DNA of 41,515 nucleotides, taken from positions 1 to 41,515 of the forward strand of contig CAZRRG010000006.1 of the NCBI GenBank assembly GCA_964602455.1, read 5' to 3'. The position numbers were made by a program, and so were the translations under genes. This document shows, in pieces, positions 35,491 through 41,515 of the stretch. Every line of letters begins with the position of its first letter. Within the stretch, counting starts at the first letter, position 1. Under the pieces are notes generated by a model. The model was not told the DNA's origin, made no database searches, and worked only from the letters and a program-made list of their open reading frames with translations. The stretch is from an uncultured Eubacteriales bacterium (GTDB lineage Bacteria > Bacillota > Sulfobacillia > Fermentithermobacillales > Fermentithermobacillaceae).

Positions 35491-35652
35491 TGCCGACGGC
35501 GTTTGGAGCCACCATCGGAGCGGAAGATCCTCGAAAATATGCTGTCAGTTAAACTCGACCTGATCGCGATCCCAGCATAAGTGGTAATTGCGGTACTCAA
35601 TCCCTGTATAAGGGCCCCGTATGCTTGAGAGGGTTCCGGCCCAACAGCACGA

Positions 35653-36522
35653 ATGGTATTCTATAGAGGTAAGAAAGGGCGTGAAGGGCCTTTGCTCGAG
35701 GGTCTCCTCGGCTTTCTCAAGGACTTTAGGTTGCCGGACATAATCCGGATTCCCTTAGACGTCGCTATTGTGGCGTACCTCTTCTACAGAGTGTTCGTCC
35801 TTATTAGAGGCACAAGGGCAGTGCAGCTATTGGAGGGCATCGCCCTCCTGTTCCTCTTCATTGCCGTGACCGACTGGCTGGGTCTTGACACGATGAACTA
35901 CCTCCTGGTGCGACTCGGTGACGCGCTTGCGCTCGCTCTGCCGGTCGTGTTCCACCAGGAGATCCGCAGGGTGCTTGAGCAGATAGGGCGTGGCGGCAGC
36001 ATTATGACCCGGACTCTGTTCAGCGGTTCCGTCTTCACCTCTGAGAAGGTGATCGGCGAGATCGTGGAGGCGGTTGGCCACATGTCGTCAGTCAAGACGG
36101 GAGCTCTGATCGTGATCGAGAGGGCATCGGGACTAGAAGAGTACATGGATGATGCGGTCTCCCTCGATGCGGCTGTGAGTTCGGAGCTGCTCGAGAACAT
36201 CTTCTTCAAGAACTCTCCGCTTCACGACGGGGCGGTCATCATAAGAGGCGATAGGGTAGCCGCGGCGGCCTGCTTCTTGCCCTCAACGCAAGAGGCCGTC
36301 ACCGTGGAACTTGGCTCACGGCACAGGGCCGCTCTCGGGGTGACCCAGGTGTCAGACGCCATCGCCATAGCTGCGTCGGAGGAAACCGGGACCATCTCGC
36401 TTGCCGTAGGAGGAAGACTGTTGCGGGGCCTCGATCTTGCAACCCTCAAAGAGAAGCTGGTTGATCTCTTGCAGGTCCGGCAGTCGGTCCCCCAGTTCTT
36501 TAACCGGGGGGCGGGGAAATGA
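35653..36522 (+). CDS. cdaA: Diadenylate cyclase CdaA (DacA)
   Basis: N-terminal TM helices and a DAC domain (LHDGAVIIRGDRVAAAACFLP, GSRHRAALG, ISLAVGG). The start is uncertain: ATG at 35653 lacks a clear RBS, and TTG at 35692 is an alternative. Confidence 0.9.
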   Translation: MVFYRGKKGREGPLLEGLLGFLKDFRLPDIIRIPLDVAIVAYLFYRVFVLIRGTRAVQLLEGIALLFLFIAVTDWLGLDTMNYLLVRLGDALALALPVVFHQEIRRVLEQIGRGGSIMTRTLFSGSVFTSEKVIGEIVEAVGHMSSVKTGALIVIERASGLEEYMDDAVSLDAAVSSELLENIFFKNSPLHDGAVIIRGDRVAAAACFLPSTQEAVTVELGSRHRAALGVTQVSDAIAIAASEETGTISLAVGGRLLRGLDLATLKEKLVDLLQVRQSVPQFFNRGAGK

Positions 36523-37736
36523 TCGAGAGGATGCTGCAGAAAGACCTCGTCGTCAAAATAGCGGCGCTGGCCATAGCGCTTATCGCGTGGTATGTGGTAA
36601 TGGAACTGGTCAATCCGGAGCAGACTGCCCAGGTTACCGTGGAGATCCCGGTCCAAGCTCCAAAAGGCAAGATCCTCACGAGCCTGCCGTCGGTCCGGGT
36701 TACCATCACCTTTGAGGGAAGGGTCAGGGACCTCGAGAGGATCGATCAGAAGAAGGTCGTCATACCCTTCGACATATCTGACGCCCCGGCCGGGCAGACC
36801 TTGGTTACTTTGGAGTACGAGTCTCCGTTCCGAGGGGTCAGGGTGAAAGATATCAACCCCAATGTAATTGCCGTCACTTTGGCTAAAGAAGAGACCAAGG
36901 AAGTCGGCGTCGACGTTACGGTACGTGGGACCCCGAACAAGGAGTACGATGCCCAAAGGCCGACGTACTCGCGGTCCACTGTCAATGTGACCGGTCCGAA
37001 GGGCAATGTCGACCGGGTGCAGTTTGTGACGGGAGAGATCGACGTGACCGGAGCGGTAGGCGATGTCACCTCTACGGTGAAGCTTGTACCCTACGATGCT
37101 TACGGGAATGAGGTTGCTCAGATCACGGTTGATCCCGCCACGGTTGAGGTTACGGTTCCCATGATCAAGAAGCCGCCTGCCAAGACAGTGGAAGTAAAGG
37201 TGAACACCACCGGAACCCCCAAGAAGGGCTTCAGGTTGGCCGGCGCCTCGGCTGCACCGGCGTATATAGAGATTCGTGGTGAAGAAGCGGATACGAGGAA
37301 CATTACCTCTATCTACACCAAGCCTGTGGATGTTAGCGGGCGCGACTCCGGCTTCAGCGCTGAGTACACTCTCGATCTTCCTCCAGGGGTGAAGGCGGAG
37401 ACCAGCACCAAAGTGATGGTTTCAGTGGATATCCAGCCTGACATCGTGACGAGGACGTTCTCCGGAGTGATCGTTCAGGTCGAGAACCTGCCCATTGGTT
37501 TCACTCTGAACATCGATCCCCCGATGGTGGACGTGAAACTGACCGGAAGAAGCGACATTCTTGAGAAGATCGAAGTAAGCGATATCCAGGCGTTCATTGA
37601 CGCCGGCGACATCAACCCCCTCGAGATAGGGTCTCGCCAGGATTACCTGAAGATTGTTGTGCCCAGCGGATATCCGGAGGGCGTGAAGCTTGACGTCACT
37701 CCTCCTAGGGTGACATTGACCCTCACTAAGAGGTAG
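36519..37736 (+). CDS. cdaR: CdaA regulatory protein CdaR (YbbR-domain repeats)
   Basis: ATG overlaps the cdaA stop codon (ATGA). One N-terminal TM helix is followed by four repeated YbbR-like beta domains. Position is conserved between cdaA and glmM. Confidence 0.85.
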   Translation: MIERMLQKDLVVKIAALAIALIAWYVVMELVNPEQTAQVTVEIPVQAPKGKILTSLPSVRVTITFEGRVRDLERIDQKKVVIPFDISDAPAGQTLVTLEYESPFRGVRVKDINPNVIAVTLAKEETKEVGVDVTVRGTPNKEYDAQRPTYSRSTVNVTGPKGNVDRVQFVTGEIDVTGAVGDVTSTVKLVPYDAYGNEVAQITVDPATVEVTVPMIKKPPAKTVEVKVNTTGTPKKGFRLAGASAAPAYIEIRGEEADTRNITSIYTKPVDVSGRDSGFSAEYTLDLPPGVKAETSTKVMVSVDIQPDIVTRTFSGVIVQVENLPIGFTLNIDPPMVDVKLTGRSDILEKIEVSDIQAFIDAGDINPLEIGSRQDYLKIVVPSGYPEGVKLDVTPPRVTLTLTKR

Positions 37737-37754
37737 AACAGGGGCGTTCTTCGG

Positions 37755-39143
37755 ATGAATCTATTTGGCACCGACGGGATCCGCGGAATCGCAAACGCGG
37801 GCCTTTCATGGCACACCGCATTCAAACTGGGCCGAGCTATGGGCCTCTACCTCTCTCAGGGACTCCCTCTCTGCGTCGGCAAGGACACCCGGGCTTCGGG
37901 CGACATGCTTGAGGCCTGCATCATTGCCGGCGCAACGTCGGCGGGGAGAGATGTTGTGCGGCTGGGCGTGATCACCACGCCGGGTCTTTCCTACCTGGTG
38001 AAGCACCTCGGATTGGGCGGGGGCGTGATGATCTCCGCATCCCATAACCCGGCCGAGTACAACGGCCTCAAAGTGTTCGGTGGAGATGGCAAGAAGATCC
38101 CCGACTCCATGGAGGTCTTGTTCTCAGAGTTCATCCAGAACGAGTCTGAAAGCGGGATCGCAACGGGCGGGGAGGGAACGGCTCCCGGCGTAGTCGCGAG
38201 TTGCGCGTATCCAACAGGGAGCGGCATTGGCCGCGTCATCCCCGGCGAGGGGTACGTGGACAAGTACGTTGACTTTCTCTGCAGCGTCCCTGCTAACCGG
38301 TTGTCGGACCTCAGAGTGGTGCTGGACACCGCAAATGGATCCACCTCGGAGATTGCTTCACGGGTGTGGAGCCGGCTCGGAGCCCGGGTTGAGGTCATCA
38401 ACAACTCACCTGATGGCATCAACATCAACGCGGACTGCGGCTCAACCTGTCCGGGCAACCTTGCGGCCAAAGTGGTGAATAGCGGCGCGGACGCGGGGTT
38501 CGCCTATGACGGCGACGGCGACCGGTGCATCATGGTGGACGAAACCGGGACGGTGCAGGACGGCGACCACACTATGGCCATCCTCGCCTTGGACCTCGTG
38601 AAGAAAGGGCGGCTGCCGGGTAGGACCGTGGTAGGCACCGTCATGTCCAACTACGGCCTGGAGGTGTGCCTGGCCGACCATGATCTCAGGCTGGAACGGA
38701 CCCCGGTGGGCGACCGCTACGTCTTAGAAAAGATGGAGGAGCAAGGGTACAACCTTGGCGGCGAGCAGTCGGGGCACATAATTGTGAAGGATGTGCTCGG
38801 CGCCGGAGATGGGATCCTGACCTCGCTCATGGTGGCGGACGTCCTGGCTGGAAGCGGCAAGAAGCTATCGGAGCTGTCATCGGTAATGACTGCCATCCCC
38901 CAGCACCTGGTCAACGTGCGTGCCGACAATCCGAAGGGGCTTGCGGCGCGAGAGGCGGTGATAGACGCGGTGAAGAAGGCTCAGGCCGAACTTGGCGACC
39001 GAGGGAGGGTTCTGGTCCGGCCGTCTGGAACAGAACCACTGGTAAGGATCATGGTTGAATCCCTTGACTCCCATATGGTAGAGTCGTGCATACATTATCT
39101 TGAGGAGGTGATTGCGAAGGAAAACCAGGTCGGAAAGGAATAG
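37755..39143 (+). CDS. glmM: Phosphoglucosamine mutase
   Basis: N terminus is MNLFGTDGIRG. The active-site serine loop is SASHNPAEYNGLK. Also FAYDGDGDRC, GGEQSGH and RPSGTEPLVRIMVE. Confidence 0.96.
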   Translation: MNLFGTDGIRGIANAGLSWHTAFKLGRAMGLYLSQGLPLCVGKDTRASGDMLEACIIAGATSAGRDVVRLGVITTPGLSYLVKHLGLGGGVMISASHNPAEYNGLKVFGGDGKKIPDSMEVLFSEFIQNESESGIATGGEGTAPGVVASCAYPTGSGIGRVIPGEGYVDKYVDFLCSVPANRLSDLRVVLDTANGSTSEIASRVWSRLGARVEVINNSPDGININADCGSTCPGNLAAKVVNSGADAGFAYDGDGDRCIMVDETGTVQDGDHTMAILALDLVKKGRLPGRTVVGTVMSNYGLEVCLADHDLRLERTPVGDRYVLEKMEEQGYNLGGEQSGHIIVKDVLGAGDGILTSLMVADVLAGSGKKLSELSSVMTAIPQHLVNVRADNPKGLAAREAVIDAVKKAQAELGDRGRVLVRPSGTEPLVRIMVESLDSHMVESCIHYLEEVIAKENQVGKE

Positions 39144-39177
39144 CGCGTGGGGCGGCAGCACGGCAAGAGTACCAAAA

Positions 39178-39322
39178 ACAGCGCCTGGACTTTCCGGCTA
39201 CAGGCCGGGAAGTTGACGAGGATGGGGGAATTCGAAAGATTCGGCGGGTCCCCCACGGTTTGCCACAACCGACAGAGGTCCTTCAAAACCTTCGGGTGAC
39301 CGAAGAACAATAAGGGCCGGGT
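39178..39322 (+). ncRNA. glmS ribozyme (GlcN6P-activated self-cleaving leader)
   Basis: Cleavage-site context A/GCGCC lies at 39179-39184. The conserved core is GAAGUUGACGAGGAUGGGGGAAUUCGAAAGAUUCGGCGGGUCCCCCACGG. The peripheral helix is GGUCCUUCAAAACCUUCGGGUGACCGAAGAACAAUAAGGGCC. It lies immediately upstream of glmS. The 3' boundary is approximate. Confidence 0.9.
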
Positions 39323-39490
39323 GGTTGCCACGCACACTAGCCTTACTTCTCACAGATTATCTACACCATTGGCACCTTGCGCGCATTGGGTCTCTTCATC
39401 CTTTTGGCCCTGTACCAGCCCGACCGGCTCTATCTGCTCAGCAGCATCTGTTTACCGTGGAGAGACTAGATCGCGAAGGGAGCAAACATC

Positions 39491-41326
39491 GTGTGCGGGA
39501 TCGTCGGCTACGTAGGTGATAGAGAAGCCGCAAAGGTAGTATGGGATTCCCTATGCAGGCTGGAGTACAGAGGATACGACTCAGCGGGGATAGCCGTCCT
39601 TAACGGGGACGGTATCAAGACAGCCAAGTGCAAAGGCCGCTTGGCCGATCTGGCCGCCAAACTGAGTGAGCTGCCCTACGCCACTCAAGCCATAGGACAC
39701 ACAAGGTGGGCTACTCACGGCGCTCCGAACGACAACAACGCCCATCCCCATAGGGACTGCACAGGTAACGTAGTGCTGGTCCACAACGGGATCATTGAAA
39801 ACCATCGCGAACTGCGGGAACGGCTCTTGGCAAACGGCCACAGGATCAAGACCGAGACCGACACCGAGCTTGCGGCTCACCTCATAGAGGAGAACTACGC
39901 GGGAGACCTCGCTGATGCGGTGATGAGATCGGTGGCCGAGCTCGAAGGCACACTGGCGCTTGTAGTGGTTCACGCACATGAGCCGGGTCGTATTGTGGCC
40001 TATCGCGAGAAGAGCCCGCTTATCGTGGGCCTTGGCGAAGGAGAGAACTTCCTGGCCTCCGACATCCCTGCCATACTGCCGTACACCCAGAAGGTGCTGG
40101 TTGTGAACGACGGCGAGATCGTGATTGTCCAGAAGGACGAAGTCCTCATCCGCGGTAAGGACAACGGTTGCGTCGATAGGAAGCCGGTCGTCGTGGACCT
40201 CAAGCCCGAAGCCGCCGAGAAGGCCGGTTTCGCCCACTTCATGCTGAAGGAGATATACGAGCAGCCTGAAGCGCTGGATAGGGTAGCGTCCGGGCGGATC
40301 CGTGATGGCATGGTAGCGTTCGAGAAGTCCGAGTTCGGACTCACCGATCAGGAGGTTCGCGGCCTATCGAAGGTATGGCTTATGGCATGCGGCACCGCTT
40401 ATCACGCGTGTCTGGTAGGTAAGACGCTGATAGAGCGGCTGGCGGGGATCCCCGCCGAGGTCATGCTTGCGTCCGAGTTCCGGTACAGCGAGCCCATTGT
40501 GCCTCCCGGTAGCCTATGCGTGGTGGTCAGCCAGTCGGGCGAGACTATCGATACCTTGACGGCGATGCGTGAGGCGCGTGAACTGGGTGCGTCCAGGGTG
40601 CTGGCGGTGGTCAACCAGCCAATGAGCTCTCTGGCTCGGGAAGCAGACGATGTCATGTACCAGCGTGCGGGCCCCGAGATCTCGGTCTGCTCAACGAAGG
40701 CCTACACCACCCAGGTAGCCTGCCTTGGACTTCTTGCGATCCATCTGGGTGCCGTTAGAGGACGACTCACCAAAGACCAGGTCAGGAAGCTTACTTCAGA
40801 CATAAGATCTCTACCTGAGAAGGCGCAGGGCGCTCTTAGGTCGTCCGCCGTCATGCAGCGGCTGGCGAAGGAGATGGCTCAGAAGGAGGACATCTTCTTC
40901 ATCGGCCGTGGGATGGACTACATGGCCGTGATGGAGGGCCAGCTCAAACTCAAGGAGATCTCCTACATCCACGCCGAGGCGTACGCTGCGGGAGAGCTCA
41001 AGCACGGGACGCTTGCCCTCATCGGACCCGGAGTCCCCGTCATAGCCGTCCTGACAGACCCCGAGATTGCGCCGAAAACAGCCTCCAACATCATGGAGGT
41101 CAAGGCCCGAGGCGGAAGGGTAGTCGCCATCGGTTCGGAGGAATGTCTGGCCAAAGTCCATCTCGCAGACGGCGACGTTGCCGTGACGATTCCCACCGTG
41201 AACCCGCTGTTCTCGCCGGCTATCTCGGTCATAGCGATGCAGCTCCTCGCCTATTACGTGGCTCTCGAGCGAGGTACCGACATCGACAAGCCGAGGAACC
41301 TGGCCAAGAGCGTGACGGTGGAGTAG
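39491..41326 (+). CDS. glmS: Glutamine--fructose-6-phosphate aminotransferase
   Basis: GTG follows GAAGGGAG. The Ntn start is MCGIVGY. Two SIS domains are present (VVVSQSGETIDT). The C terminus is AKSVTVE. Confidence 0.97.
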   Translation: MCGIVGYVGDREAAKVVWDSLCRLEYRGYDSAGIAVLNGDGIKTAKCKGRLADLAAKLSELPYATQAIGHTRWATHGAPNDNNAHPHRDCTGNVVLVHNGIIENHRELRERLLANGHRIKTETDTELAAHLIEENYAGDLADAVMRSVAELEGTLALVVVHAHEPGRIVAYREKSPLIVGLGEGENFLASDIPAILPYTQKVLVVNDGEIVIVQKDEVLIRGKDNGCVDRKPVVVDLKPEAAEKAGFAHFMLKEIYEQPEALDRVASGRIRDGMVAFEKSEFGLTDQEVRGLSKVWLMACGTAYHACLVGKTLIERLAGIPAEVMLASEFRYSEPIVPPGSLCVVVSQSGETIDTLTAMREARELGASRVLAVVNQPMSSLAREADDVMYQRAGPEISVCSTKAYTTQVACLGLLAIHLGAVRGRLTKDQVRKLTSDIRSLPEKAQGALRSSAVMQRLAKEMAQKEDIFFIGRGMDYMAVMEGQLKLKEISYIHAEAYAAGELKHGTLALIGPGVPVIAVLTDPEIAPKTASNIMEVKARGGRVVAIGSEECLAKVHLADGDVAVTIPTVNPLFSPAISVIAMQLLAYYVALERGTDIDKPRNLAKSVTVE

Positions 41327-41373
41327 GGAAGAGCAGGGGGAGGGCCCTGCTGCCAAGTGAAAGACAGACGTAA

Positions 41374-41407
41374 CCGGCCCCCCTGGAAGCAGGGGGGCTG
41401 GCTTTTC
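41374..41407 (+). terminator. Intrinsic terminator downstream of glmS
   Basis: CCGGCCCCCCTG-GAAG-CAGGGGGGCTGG, a 12-bp stem with one G-U pair, followed by CTTTTC. Confidence 0.7.
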
Positions 41408-41515
41408 AGTGATCTGTGCTAGAGGGTTACATCTCACGTGTCAGGAATCACTCACGCGAGGGTCAAGTCCCTTCTTTTCTGTAAAAAGCCCTCCGGTGAC
41501 TGGTATGTACCCACT

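Noticed and set aside
41455-41490. tRNA-like T-arm resemblance (GAGGGTCAAGTCCCTT)
   Set aside because: The loop is 6 nt and lacks the TTCRA signature. No acceptor, D or anticodon arms could be built from the flanking sequence.

Overview
This is a chromosomal segment from a moderately GC-rich Gram-positive bacterium (Bacillota, Clostridia-like). All family calls come from motifs read in the translations; no database search was possible. Gene content and order resemble the Bacillus subtilis hpf-secA-prfB ... ftsEX-ctpB-minJ-uvrBA region.

Plus strand, in order:
- long-form hpf
- two uncharacterised genes
- a membrane HD-GYP phosphodiesterase plus a small membrane protein
- secA, then prfB with the classical +1 frameshift
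- a secreted repeat protein
- divergent csaB / tagA-like cell-wall polymer genes
- a split transketolase
- ftsE-ftsX, an M23 peptidase, an S41 protease and a MinJ-like PDZ membrane protein
- uvrB-uvrA-uvrC
- a DUF2089 / DUF4097 three-gene cluster

Minus strand: a small repeat-peptide gene, an XRE-HTH/TPR regulator, a pyruvate-kinase-C-like gene, a cupin-type glucose-6-phosphate isomerase, and rapZ-yvcK-whiA.

The window ends on the plus strand with cdaA-cdaR-glmM, a glmS ribozyme and glmS.

Most of the window is housekeeping. The signals most worth a second look are:
1. A terminator-insulated gene for a Sec-type exported peptide carrying two tandem copies of GPGDVPPT[VI]WPPVNNS. The copies are conserved at the amino-acid level despite many synonymous differences. 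The gene sits directly upstream of a 648-aa XRE+TPR regulator, which suggests an RRNPP-like peptide signalling pair.
2. A roughly 500-bp ORF-free region upstream of ctpA that holds a phased array of GGTCAY-N3-RTGACC palindromes and half-sites.
3. A structured REP-like repeat family that always lies just 3' of stop codons in sense orientation, with compensatory stem changes between copies.
4. An ORF-poor 450-bp region with a minus-strand intrinsic terminator and an 18-bp hairpin, a candidate sRNA or leader.
5. A short helical motif shared by all three proteins of the DUF2089/DUF4097 cluster.

No rRNA, tRNA, CRISPR array, transposase or integrase was recognised.
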